Assembly: GCA_947174835.1 (NCBI GenBank)
Contig: CAMWKM010000001.1
Location: forward strand, 1 to 62,565
Length of the DNA: 62,565 nt
Source: an uncultured Prevotella sp.
GTDB lineage: Bacteria > Bacteroidota > Bacteroidia > Bacteroidales > Bacteroidaceae
Direction of reading: 5' to 3'
This document shows positions 1-8,942 of this stretch, piece after piece (the stretch's first letter is position 1; every line of letters starts with the position of its first letter). The notes under the pieces were generated by a model. It searched no databases, was not told where the DNA came from, and saw only the letters and a program-made list of their open reading frames with translations. The position numbers were made by a program, and so were the translations under genes.

Positions 1-41
1 TATACTTCTTTCACCATCTCACACTGTATGTAAAATTCCTT

Positions 42-75
42 AATGCAGCAATGCAACAATGCAGCAATGCAACAA
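42..75. repeat. 8-bp tandem repeat (AATGCA[G/A]C)x4
   Basis: aatgcagc-aatgcaac-aatgcagc-aatgcaac-aa read directly. Confidence 0.85.
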
Positions 76-122
76 AATATATGGGAGTGTTAGACAGCAC
101 ACACGACGTAGTTTTGACACGA

Positions 123-170
123 GTTATTAACGCTGCTTTAACACTCCAATGTCAAAGCAGCGTTAATAAC
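123..170. repeat. 17-bp perfect inverted repeat (REP-like stem-loop or terminator downstream of the minus-strand GH43 gene)
   Basis: gttattaacgctgcttt (123-139) and aaagcagcgttaataac (154-170), 26 bp past the stop at 197. Confidence 0.7.
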
Positions 171-196
171 CTCCCTGCAAATAATAGAAAATAATC

Positions 197-2293
197 TCAG
201 TTAATCAGAAATACCTTCTCCTGTCCCTTGTAGGTAGCCTTCACAGTAGCACGTCCCTCAGTGATGGGGCTTACCGTAAACGTCACGTCTGAAACAGTTG
301 CTGTAGTCTCAATCTTTGAATTTGCGTGCAGCGGAGCATAAACCTGATAGTGGTTAGCCTCAGTATAGCCGTTCTGATTAGTAGCCATGATAGGTTGTTC
401 GGGTATATTGAGTTGCTGGCCATCAACGGTGATAGTAACCTGCGGCACAACGGGAGCTTTATAATCACCGGTAACAAAACCAAAACCATGCAAAGTAAAG
501 AGACCTTTTGGACGCTGTGGTTGCTGTGTACGGCGTCCCCATGGTTGCTGCTGCGGTTGCTCAGATTGTTTAACCTCTGGCCCTTCAACCACTAAGTAAA
601 TAGCATGCTTACCCTTCAGACTGCCCAACAACTCACAAGTTTCTTTGGACAATAATTGGCTATGCCCCCTTGTTACCTTCTTATCGGTACAATATTCCTC
701 AATAACTGCTATCTCGCGGCCGTTCTTACATCCTTCCGGTAGCAAATCAGAAGAGCACGTGTAAGGGCTATCAAGCATGACGTGAATTTTAAAAGTACCC
801 TCGCCGCCCTCTGTAGTCAACTGGAGAAAAATTTGATTAGTGGAAATCTTCGGATCAAAGCCCTCAAAAGCCTTCACACCCTTCGTGTCTTGGGTAAGAC
901 CTTCAAAATTGAAATACTTAAATCCGATAACAGAGCCATTCTGCAGACCAGCCAAATCCATCGAATTGTTCCACACATCGTGGTTGTCCTGCATATACTG
1001 ATTACTATTAGGGCCTGCCATATAACAAGCGATACCTGCCGACTTGTAACCGTAAGGAGGAAGACCAAAGATATTAAAGCCCTCGCTGGTCACCTCAGCA
1101 CCCGTATATTCCATACCATCACTGGCTTTGGCAGTCCACTTCTCATCCTTGGCATAAGGATCATATCCCGTAATACGCACCTGTCCACCCTTGGCCACAG
1201 GCTTTTTGTCCCACTCAATCTTCACAGGAGCCACCATCGCCTGACGGGCATTGCCAAAGCCACGAGGCGGACGATGATAGAATACGTACCACTGACCGTT
1301 AATTTCCTGCAATGATCCGTGGGTATTATGGCCAGCATTAGTGGTCATCAGATGCGAGCCATCCTCATTGGGCACCACGCCACGCGAGTCAACCAACACT
1401 CCTCCAGAACGCCAAGGACCCAATGGCGAATCGCCATAGGCATAACGTAGAGCTGAGTTTGTTGAGCCAAGACCATATTCGGTACCAGAATATCCCGAAA
1501 ATACCATCACATATTTATTGCCCACTTGACGAATACTCGAGGCTTCGAAAAAGTTGAAGTCAAGCGGATTCTGCCCTTTGTAAAGAGCCTTATATTCAGA
1601 GCCTTCCTTATCCAGCAACTTACCATCACGACTGCTGGCGGGGATGAAAGGATCTATGAGTTCTGTGCCTTGACGTTTGGAGTACATGGTCTTCTGGTCC
1701 AGTTCGCAGGCCGTAGAGTGTTGGAAACCGTAGAACACGTAAGCACGATAGCCAATATCGTAGTCTTTATCCTTCTTGTCATTGACTGGTTCAATAAACA
1801 CCGAGGGGTCGAAATCAATGAGCGAACCTTCCAAACAACGTGTACCATCAGGCGTTAGATTGACAGGTGTGAAAGGACCATTGGGGCGATCTCCCTTGCA
1901 CACCATTGCGATGCGCCCCCAACCACGTGAATGAGGATAGAGCCAATAAGTCTTCTTACCCGTAGTACGGTCGGTGGTCTCCACCAAATCGGGAGCATAC
2001 ATCGTATCCCACTGACCATTCACGAACCAAGTAAAAATGGGTCCCTCGTCTCGCCATTGCGAAAGATCTTCCACCGGAGCCGACCACATACGGACATCAT
2101 TACCACAATATTTATCGTAATGCACATCGTGCGAGCCTATTATATATGCTCTATACTTACCTGGCTGATCAGGATCCTCAAATACACGGGGTTCACCGTC
2201 AGGCAGATGTTCCCATAAAGGAAGATAAGGATTCTGCGCTACCATTGAATTAAACAACAAACATGAAATAAAACACACCAAAAACCGTCTCAT
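197..2293 (-). CDS. Secreted GH43-family glycoside hydrolase with C-terminal CBM6-like and accessory domains
   Basis: Signal peptide; beta-propeller motifs NPYLP..PDGEP, MYAPD, FDPSVF, FFEASS, HNTHGS; later GFKYFNF CBM6-like segment. Confidence 0.8.
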   Translation of the reverse strand: MRRFLVCFISCLLFNSMVAQNPYLPLWEHLPDGEPRVFEDPDQPGKYRAYIIGSHDVHYDKYCGNDVRMWSAPVEDLSQWRDEGPIFTWFVNGQWDTMYAPDLVETTDRTTGKKTYWLYPHSRGWGRIAMVCKGDRPNGPFTPVNLTPDGTRCLEGSLIDFDPSVFIEPVNDKKDKDYDIGYRAYVFYGFQHSTACELDQKTMYSKRQGTELIDPFIPASSRDGKLLDKEGSEYKALYKGQNPLDFNFFEASSIRQVGNKYVMVFSGYSGTEYGLGSTNSALRYAYGDSPLGPWRSGGVLVDSRGVVPNEDGSHLMTTNAGHNTHGSLQEINGQWYVFYHRPPRGFGNARQAMVAPVKIEWDKKPVAKGGQVRITGYDPYAKDEKWTAKASDGMEYTGAEVTSEGFNIFGLPPYGYKSAGIACYMAGPNSNQYMQDNHDVWNNSMDLAGLQNGSVIGFKYFNFEGLTQDTKGVKAFEGFDPKISTNQIFLQLTTEGGEGTFKIHVMLDSPYTCSSDLLPEGCKNGREIAVIEEYCTDKKVTRGHSQLLSKETCELLGSLKGKHAIYLVVEGPEVKQSEQPQQQPWGRRTQQPQRPKGLFTLHGFGFVTGDYKAPVVPQVTITVDGQQLNIPEQPIMATNQNGYTEANHYQVYAPLHANSKIETTATVSDVTFTVSPITEGRATVKATYKGQEKVFLIN

Positions 2294-2324
2294 ACTTTAT
2301 AAAATATTAATAATTATTTGCTTG

Positions 2325-2332
2325 CAAAGTTA
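2325..2332 (-). promoter_or_regulatory. Bacteroidota -7 promoter element TAACTTTG
   Basis: Matches TAnnTTTG, 31 bp upstream of the ATG at 2293. Confidence 0.7.
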
Positions 2333-2380
2333 CAAAAAAAAAATGAAGGACAATAGCCGTCAACAATTCATCCCCGCCAG

Positions 2381-2409
2381 TGAAACATTTAAAAAAAAGA
2401 TAGTAACAA
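2381..2409 (+). promoter_or_regulatory. Putative activator site TGAAACAT-N13-AGTAACAA
   Basis: Ends 29 bp before the -7 box; same geometry as three other promoters in the window. Confidence 0.55.
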
Positions 2410-2438
2410 AACCAAAAGGTATTCTCCTTCTTTTTTAC

Positions 2439-2446
2439 TAACTTTG
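2439..2446 (+). promoter_or_regulatory. -7 promoter element TAACTTTG of the GH97-GH115 operon
   Basis: TAnnTTTG 26 bp upstream of the ATG at 2473. Confidence 0.7.
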
Positions 2447-2472
2447 CACCCAATAACAAAAAAATCATTCTA

Positions 2473-4395
2473 ATGAAAAAGAATCTGCTTTTCGTATGTC
2501 TTAGCCTCATTTGGTTTGGCTCAATGTCAGTTCAAGCTGACGAGATGGTAAGCAGCCCTGACGGGCGCCTCACCGTAGAACTCACAGTGAATAACGGACA
2601 TCCTTATTATCAGGTGTCCTACGACGGACAAGTGGTCATTGGTCAGTCAAAACTTGGCATTATGAGTAATATCGGCAACTATAATAGCGATATGACACTG
2701 ACAACCATTGTAACCAACGAAGTCAAGGAGGAATACGCATTGCGCAACATCAAACAAAGTCATGTCAACTACGAAGCCCGCGAGGCCATAGCCCAATACA
2801 TGCAGAAAGGCCAGCACGTGATGGACATCACCTTCCGCGTAAGCAACCACGATGTAGCATTCCGCTATACCCTCCTGCCAAAGAAAGAAACTCGTTGCTG
2901 TGTGATCAGTCAGGAGCAAACTGAATTTATGTTTTCCGAGACAACCACCAGTTTTCTGGCACCACAAGCAAAGCCAATGACAGGATTTGCCCGTACAGCC
3001 CCCAGTTATGAGACCCGATACGGAATCGATGAGCCCATTGGTAGGAACGGCTGGGGACAGGGTTATACGTTCCCTTGTCTGTTCAAAACGCCCTCGGCTT
3101 GGGTACTTGTCAGCGAAACGGGTACAGATGGCAACTACGTTGGTTGCCGTCTCGTCGGCCACGAAGGAGGCCGCTATCAGATTGGCTTCCCACAGGAGGC
3201 CGAGAATAATGGTTGGGGATCAACTTCTGTACAGATGTCCCTGCCCAGCAGTACGCCTTGGCGCACCATCACTGTAGGTTCACTGAATGACATTATCGGA
3301 ACCACTGTAGCATGGGATGTAGTAGAGCAGAAATATGAGGCCAGCCAACTATACGATTACGGCAAAGGCTCTTGGTCGTGGATCATCGGTATGGATCCAA
3401 GTTGCAACTTCAACGATCAGAAACGCTACATTGACTTCTCGGCTACTATGGGCTATCGGTCTGTGCTGATTGATGCCCTATGGGATGTGCAGATTGGCCG
3501 CGATCGCATCGCTGAACTGGCTCGTTACGGAAAGAGTAAGGGCGTAGGACTGTATCTATGGTATAATTCCAATGGTTCGTGGAACGATGCACCGCAGTCA
3601 CCACGTGGCATCATGGACAACGCCACGTTGCGTAAAAAGGAAATGAAATGGATGCACGACATAGGCATTCTGGGTATCAAAGTTGACTTCTTCGGTGGAG
3701 ACAAACAACCCATGATGCAACTTTACGAAGATATCCTGAGCGATGCCAACGACGCCGGTTTGATGGTCATATTTCATGGCTGCACCCTGCCCCGTGGTTG
3801 GGAACGTATGTATCCTAACTATGTTGCCAGTGAGGCCGTACTGGCCAGTGAGAACCTACATTTCTCGCAAGATTTCTGCGACAATGAGGCCCGCGACTGC
3901 GGAACTATGTATCCTTTTACCCGCAATGTGGTAGGCTCAATGGACTTCGGTGGTTCTGCCTTAAATAAGTTCTACAGCGCTGACAATAAACGTGGTAGGC
4001 AGCGCAAAACCACAGATATCTACGCTTTGGCAACAGCAGTTATCTTCCAAAGTGCTGTACAGCATTTTGCCTTAGCACCCAACAACCTGACAGATGCACC
4101 AACGTGGGCCATCGACTTCATGAAACAGGTACCCACCACTTGGGATGAGGTGCAATTCATTGATGGTTACCCCGGCCAGTATATCATCATGGCCCGCCGT
4201 ACCGGCAACAAGTGGTATATAGCTGGTGTAAATGCTACCGATCAGCCCATTAAGCAAACACTGACACTTCAGATGCTGAACAATGGTTCTGTACAACTCT
4301 ATCAGAACGACCAGCTTACCACAGCCAAACTATCGAAAAAGAAGACATTGAAAATAGAAATTCCCACCAATGGTGGTGTGGTTATCACCCAATAA
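2473..4395 (+). CDS. GH97 glycoside hydrolase (retaining, alpha-galactosidase type)
   Basis: SSPDGRL N-terminus, TPWRTI, YIDF, LIDALWD, GIKVDFF (Asp nucleophile type), FHGCTLPRGWERMYPN, GSMDF, VPTTWDE. Confidence 0.88.
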   Translation: MKKNLLFVCLSLIWFGSMSVQADEMVSSPDGRLTVELTVNNGHPYYQVSYDGQVVIGQSKLGIMSNIGNYNSDMTLTTIVTNEVKEEYALRNIKQSHVNYEAREAIAQYMQKGQHVMDITFRVSNHDVAFRYTLLPKKETRCCVISQEQTEFMFSETTTSFLAPQAKPMTGFARTAPSYETRYGIDEPIGRNGWGQGYTFPCLFKTPSAWVLVSETGTDGNYVGCRLVGHEGGRYQIGFPQEAENNGWGSTSVQMSLPSSTPWRTITVGSLNDIIGTTVAWDVVEQKYEASQLYDYGKGSWSWIIGMDPSCNFNDQKRYIDFSATMGYRSVLIDALWDVQIGRDRIAELARYGKSKGVGLYLWYNSNGSWNDAPQSPRGIMDNATLRKKEMKWMHDIGILGIKVDFFGGDKQPMMQLYEDILSDANDAGLMVIFHGCTLPRGWERMYPNYVASEAVLASENLHFSQDFCDNEARDCGTMYPFTRNVVGSMDFGGSALNKFYSADNKRGRQRKTTDIYALATAVIFQSAVQHFALAPNNLTDAPTWAIDFMKQVPTTWDEVQFIDGYPGQYIIMARRTGNKWYIAGVNATDQPIKQTLTLQMLNNGSVQLYQNDQLTTAKLSKKKTLKIEIPTNGGVVITQ

Positions 4396-4402
4396 GCATA
4401 CA

Positions 4403-6898
4403 ATGAAACGATTCTTTTCCTTCCTCGTAGCTATTACATCGCTTTGTATAGTACAAGCCACAGAACCATTCATCACGTTTAGCCCACAGCCTGATGCACT
4501 GGCACTGAAAGGGGCTACCATCAGTTTCAGTGAACAGGAATATGAAGGTGTGAAAATCGCCATCGAAAACTTGAAAGCAGATATGCAAAAAGTGGGCATA
4601 GCCCTCTCCCCATCAAAGGAATTGGGAGAGGTTTGCCTGCTAATTGGCACCCAAGGTAAGAATCCCGACATTGATCGTTTAAAACTGCCTGATTTAAAAG
4701 ACAAGCGCGAGAAATTTATTATCACAACAATTGGTCAGCAGGTGGTTATCGCTGGCAGCGACCGCCGAGGAACCATCTATGGCATCTATGAACTGAGTCG
4801 TCAATTAGGTGTATCACCTTGGTATTGGTGGGCTGACGCTCCAATAGAACAACACGAAACGGCCTATATAAAAAAAGGTACATACACCGACGGTGAACCG
4901 GCTGTAGAGTTCCGTGGATTATTCCTCAACGATGAAGCCCCTTGCCTAACCGGATGGGTAAAGAATACTTTTGGCACCAATTATGGAGATCATCGTTTCT
5001 ACGAAAAGGTCTTCGAACTAATTCTGCGTCTAAAAGGAAATATGCTATGGCCTGCCATGTGGGGCTGGGCTTTCTATGCTGATGATCCAGAGAACGGCAA
5101 GACAGCCGACAAAATGGGCGTTATCATGGGAACTTCGCATCATGAACCGATGGCTCGCAATCATCAGGAGTATGCCCGCCACCGCAAAGATTGGGGAGCT
5201 TGGAACTATCAGACTAATCAAAAGAAGCTCGACCAATTCTTCCGCGAAGGTATTGAGCGCATGAAAGGCACTGAAGACATGGTGACCATCGGTATGCGTG
5301 GCGATGGCGATGAGGCGATGAGCGAAGATGCCGACACGAAATTGCTCCAGCGCATCGTGGATAACCAGCGTAAGATCATCAAGGAAGTGACAGGTAAACC
5401 TGCCTCGAAAACCACTCAAGTATGGGCGCTCTACAAAGAGGTGCTTGACTATTATGACAAAGGGATGCGCGTGCCTGACGATGTTATCATGCTATTATGC
5501 GATGATAACTGGGGCAACGTGCGTCGTGTACCTGCGACAGAGAAGGAGCGCAAGCACCCCGGTGGCTGGGGACTCTACTATCATGTAGACTATGTTGGTG
5601 CTCCCCGCAACACGAAATGGATTAATGTAACTCAAACACAACAGATGTTTGAACAACTGTCTCTGGCCTACGACTACGGCATTCAGCGTATGTGGATCCT
5701 CAACGTAGGTGACCTAAAACCAATGGAATATCCCATTCAACTCTTCATGGACATGGCTTGGAATCCAAAGGAGTACACCCAGCAGACAGTTTTTGACCAC
5801 ACCCGTCGGTTCTTCGGCAGTGTGCTCAGCGGTCCTCTTGCAGAAGAAGCTGCTGCTATTTACAACCGCAACTGCCAATATATGGGTCGTGTTACCCCAG
5901 AGATGCTTGATGCCAAGACCTACAATTTAAATACTGGTGAGTGGAAACAAGTGGCTGATAATTACCAACGCTTAGAGCTTCGTGCCCTGCGCCTCTATGA
6001 AGACATTCCTGTCGAGGCTCGCGACTTCTATCGTCAATTAGTACTATTCCCCGTACAGGCCATGGCTAATCTCTACGATATGTACTACGCTCAAGCCATG
6101 AACCAATACCTTTCCAAACAAGGTAGTCCCGATGCCAATATGTGGGCCGCAGAAGTGAAGCGCTGTTTCAAACGCGATTCCCTACTCTGTCATCATTATA
6201 ATAAGACAATGAGCGGTGGCAAGTGGAATGGTTTCATGACACAAAAACACATCGGCTATCGCTCTTGGAACGACAACTTCCCCCACGATATGTTGCCAGC
6301 AACCCAAACCATCCCCCTCAATTCTCCAAACGGTTACACCTTTTCCCATAGCAATGGCTACGTATCAATGGAAGCAGAGCACTTTTTCCAAGCCAAAGCC
6401 ACCGATGGAACCGAATGGAGCATCTATCCTGACTATGGCCGTACCCGCAGTGCCATTGCACTGACACCTTACACCGCACCCGTAGGCGATGCCACCCTCA
6501 CCTATCGTTTCACCTTGCCCGAAGGCACTGACAAGGTAAAAGTACATGTAATAGTAAAGTCTACTCTTGACTTCCTCAACGTAGGGGGACACGAATATAC
6601 CATCAGCCTCGACGATTCAAAAGCACAAACGGTCAACTTTAACAAAACACTTGTCGACCGTCAACCCTATATGTACTCAGACTTCTATCCCACCATCGCC
6701 CGCCGTGTAGTAGAAAAGGTGGTAGAAATGCCTGTCAATAAAAAAGGTGCAACGCACGAACTAACGTTGCACCCCTGTCATCCGGGTATTGTTTTTGAAA
6801 AAATCGTAGTAGATTTCGGTGGCTACCAACCAAGTTACCTATTCGGCACAGAAACGGAATACGTGAAAGGCGACATCGGCAATCCAGTCTTGCCATAG
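4403..6898 (+). CDS. GH115 xylan alpha-1,2-glucuronidase
   Basis: GSDRRGTIYGIYELS..GVSPWYWWAD, FRGLFLNDE, WPAMW, GTSHHEP, GMRGDGD, DDNWGN, YYHVDYVG; ATG at 4403 begins a signal peptide. Confidence 0.93.
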   Translation: MKRFFSFLVAITSLCIVQATEPFITFSPQPDALALKGATISFSEQEYEGVKIAIENLKADMQKVGIALSPSKELGEVCLLIGTQGKNPDIDRLKLPDLKDKREKFIITTIGQQVVIAGSDRRGTIYGIYELSRQLGVSPWYWWADAPIEQHETAYIKKGTYTDGEPAVEFRGLFLNDEAPCLTGWVKNTFGTNYGDHRFYEKVFELILRLKGNMLWPAMWGWAFYADDPENGKTADKMGVIMGTSHHEPMARNHQEYARHRKDWGAWNYQTNQKKLDQFFREGIERMKGTEDMVTIGMRGDGDEAMSEDADTKLLQRIVDNQRKIIKEVTGKPASKTTQVWALYKEVLDYYDKGMRVPDDVIMLLCDDNWGNVRRVPATEKERKHPGGWGLYYHVDYVGAPRNTKWINVTQTQQMFEQLSLAYDYGIQRMWILNVGDLKPMEYPIQLFMDMAWNPKEYTQQTVFDHTRRFFGSVLSGPLAEEAAAIYNRNCQYMGRVTPEMLDAKTYNLNTGEWKQVADNYQRLELRALRLYEDIPVEARDFYRQLVLFPVQAMANLYDMYYAQAMNQYLSKQGSPDANMWAAEVKRCFKRDSLLCHHYNKTMSGGKWNGFMTQKHIGYRSWNDNFPHDMLPATQTIPLNSPNGYTFSHSNGYVSMEAEHFFQAKATDGTEWSIYPDYGRTRSAIALTPYTAPVGDATLTYRFTLPEGTDKVKVHVIVKSTLDFLNVGGHEYTISLDDSKAQTVNFNKTLVDRQPYMYSDFYPTIARRVVEKVVEMPVNKKGATHELTLHPCHPGIVFEKIVVDFGGYQPSYLFGTETEYVKGDIGNPVLP

Positions 6899-8781
6899 GC
6901 ATTGGCACGAACGGGATTGTTTTTCCAAGCATAACGCACACGTTGCGGATTTTCAAAGGGCGACTGGATAATGATTCGGTCGCCCTTTGCAGTGGCCTCC
7001 ACATTATGGAAACGACCATCGGCACTGGCCACCTCAAACTCATAGAGAGAGCCATCTGTACGCAAAGGCTGATCAAGTGTTAGAACAACCTGCCGGCCAT
7101 CAGCCTCAGCCTTGATCACTTGAGGTGACAATAATGTTTTTTTATTCCAAAGCGTATGCTCAAACCCAAGGGCAATGCGCTGTGCAACCTCACGTTTACG
7201 CAATGGATGGATATCAACAGCCTCACCTAAATCAATGGCACAAACCAGTTCAACATTGTTAAGTTTAGCGGCCACTTGTCGCTGAGCCTCTCGCACAGTA
7301 CTCCACCCCGTGTCCTGCGGTTTGTCGCTGGGTTCCATAAAATTAGCCAACTGCACGATAACGAAAGGCAATTCGGGCTGTTTCCAAAGCTGTCGCCAGC
7401 CAGTGACCAACTCAGTAAGCCAAGTCTCATAGTTGCGGGCATCACCCCCCGTATTCGATTCGCCCTGATACCAGACCACCCCTTGCAAAGCATAAGGAGC
7501 CAGAGGATATAGCATCGCATTATATAATACGGTGGGTAAATTCTGCCCACCGGCATCAATGCCCGGACACGGTTGCATCTTTACCCCCTCATGTACCCGC
7601 CACTGATCACTAAGAGGCACCTCAGTGCCGTCGTCGAAGATGAGCATATATGGTTTCTCAGGGATGAAATGAGGAGCACCGCCCTTTGTAACGAAACGCA
7701 CAGTAAGCGCATTACGCCCCTTAACAAGGAGTCCGGCAGGGATCGTATAGCGACGCGGAGGATACTGATACCCCGTAGAACCTACCTGCTGACCATTCAC
7801 ATAAGTCTGATCAGCATCGTAAAGCGTGCCAACAAGCAGACGGCATGACTGTCCAGCATGAGCAGCGTCAATCTCTACATACTGACGAGCCCAAAAGGAA
7901 CCCTGATAACGAAAATCATTGGTCAGGTTTACACTCTGCGGACGACCGTTAGCCTGCATACTAAAAACCTTCTTCACCTCCCACTGACTATCATCGAAAC
8001 CGAGAGCATCATAATGCTCGATGAAACCCGGATCGGTTTCATTCATGATAGCCTGCCAACGGTTCTGTGCCAACATACCGGCACGCTGCATAGCACGCAC
8101 CATCTCATCGTCCTGATAGAACTGCGTACGATGATATTCACCGGGGAAATGCTGCTGCAACGTATCGGCAGAGAGCCAAGCCTGAATGGGCGTACCTCCC
8201 AGCGAGTTGACAATGACACCTTGCGGCACACCAGTCTTCTCAAACATCTCGCGACCAAGGAAATAGCCCACAGCCGAGAACAGCCAAGCATTATCTTTCG
8301 TCACAGGCTTCCAGTTGATAGGAGTCGGTTTCACATCATGCTTTGGGCCGTGAGTATCGTAATCAGTCTGCACACGGAACATACGGATCTGCGGATTCTG
8401 GTAATCATCGATCAACTTACCGTATTGCGGATAGACACGCTCAATGGTCACATCAATGTTCGACTGTCCGGAACAAAGCCACACATCACCAACAAGACAA
8501 TCCTCTATCGTCCGATCATTGACGGTCAACGTATAGGGGCCTCCTGCCTTTTGCTGGGGCAACATGATCTGCCATCGGCCGCTATCATCGGCCGTAGTCT
8601 CATAAACCTTTTTACGAAATGTCACACTGACACGCTCACCGGCATCAGCCTGTCCCCAAACAGGTATGGGTTTACCTCTCTGAAGCACCATACCATTCTG
8701 AAACATCTGCGGCAACTGCACCTTGGCTTCTGCCGTCATTGCGCCTAAAAACGCAAACATCACGAATACAATTGTTCTCAT
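6835..8781 (-). CDS. Sialate O-acetylesterase (SASA, CE20-like) family SGNH carbohydrate acetylesterase
   Basis: MVLQRG..VWG, GDVWLCSGQSN, FSAVGY, LYNAM..PL..WYQGESN, DIHP, VRYAW; ATG at 8781 begins a signal peptide. Confidence 0.88.
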   Translation of the reverse strand: MRTIVFVMFAFLGAMTAEAKVQLPQMFQNGMVLQRGKPIPVWGQADAGERVSVTFRKKVYETTADDSGRWQIMLPQQKAGGPYTLTVNDRTIEDCLVGDVWLCSGQSNIDVTIERVYPQYGKLIDDYQNPQIRMFRVQTDYDTHGPKHDVKPTPINWKPVTKDNAWLFSAVGYFLGREMFEKTGVPQGVIVNSLGGTPIQAWLSADTLQQHFPGEYHRTQFYQDDEMVRAMQRAGMLAQNRWQAIMNETDPGFIEHYDALGFDDSQWEVKKVFSMQANGRPQSVNLTNDFRYQGSFWARQYVEIDAAHAGQSCRLLVGTLYDADQTYVNGQQVGSTGYQYPPRRYTIPAGLLVKGRNALTVRFVTKGGAPHFIPEKPYMLIFDDGTEVPLSDQWRVHEGVKMQPCPGIDAGGQNLPTVLYNAMLYPLAPYALQGVVWYQGESNTGGDARNYETWLTELVTGWRQLWKQPELPFVIVQLANFMEPSDKPQDTGWSTVREAQRQVAAKLNNVELVCAIDLGEAVDIHPLRKREVAQRIALGFEHTLWNKKTLLSPQVIKAEADGRQVVLTLDQPLRTDGSLYEFEVASADGRFHNVEATAKGDRIIIQSPFENPQRVRYAWKNNPVRANAYGKTGLPMSPFTYSVSVPNR

Positions 8782-8789
8782 ATCAAGTG

Positions 8790-8797
8790 CAAAAATA
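8790..8797 (-). promoter_or_regulatory. -7 element TATTTTTG (very short leader to the esterase ATG)
   Basis: TAnnTTTG match 8 bp from the start codon. Confidence 0.55.
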
Positions 8798-8846
8798 ATG
8801 TTTCTTAATAAGAAAAACAACTCATTTCTGTGTCTTTACAGTTTCA

Positions 8847-8875
8847 TGAAACATATTGCGAAGCATCTGCAACAT
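8847..8875 (+). promoter_or_regulatory. Putative activator site TGAAACAT-N13-TGCAACAT
   Basis: Direct repeat with 21-bp period, ending 30 bp before TACCTTTG. Confidence 0.65.
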
Positions 8876-8905
8876 TTCTGTCTTACTATATAAAATAAAA
8901 ATTAG

Positions 8906-8913
8906 TACCTTTG
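8906..8913 (+). promoter_or_regulatory. -7 element TACCTTTG of the MFS-GH43-ECF-GH67 operon
   Basis: TAnnTTTG 29 bp upstream of the ATG at 8943. Confidence 0.72.
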
Positions 8914-8942
8914 CGACAAGAAACAAAAATCAACTAACCGAT

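Noticed and set aside
505-580. Q/P-rich insert in the GH43 gene as a possible mobile or repeat insertion
   Set aside because: In-frame low-complexity loop with no terminal repeats; such linkers are common in Bacteroidota enzymes
2307-2510. 67-aa minus-strand ORF
   Set aside because: Covers the divergent promoter region; low-complexity F/K-rich translation of A/T tracts
8856-8942. Upstream extensions given by the ORF track (also 4370, 8820, 10315, 11785, 34109, 41368, 43456, 47784, 50012, 56393)
   Set aside because: They overlap promoters or upstream genes; downstream ATGs give proper signal peptides or N-termini
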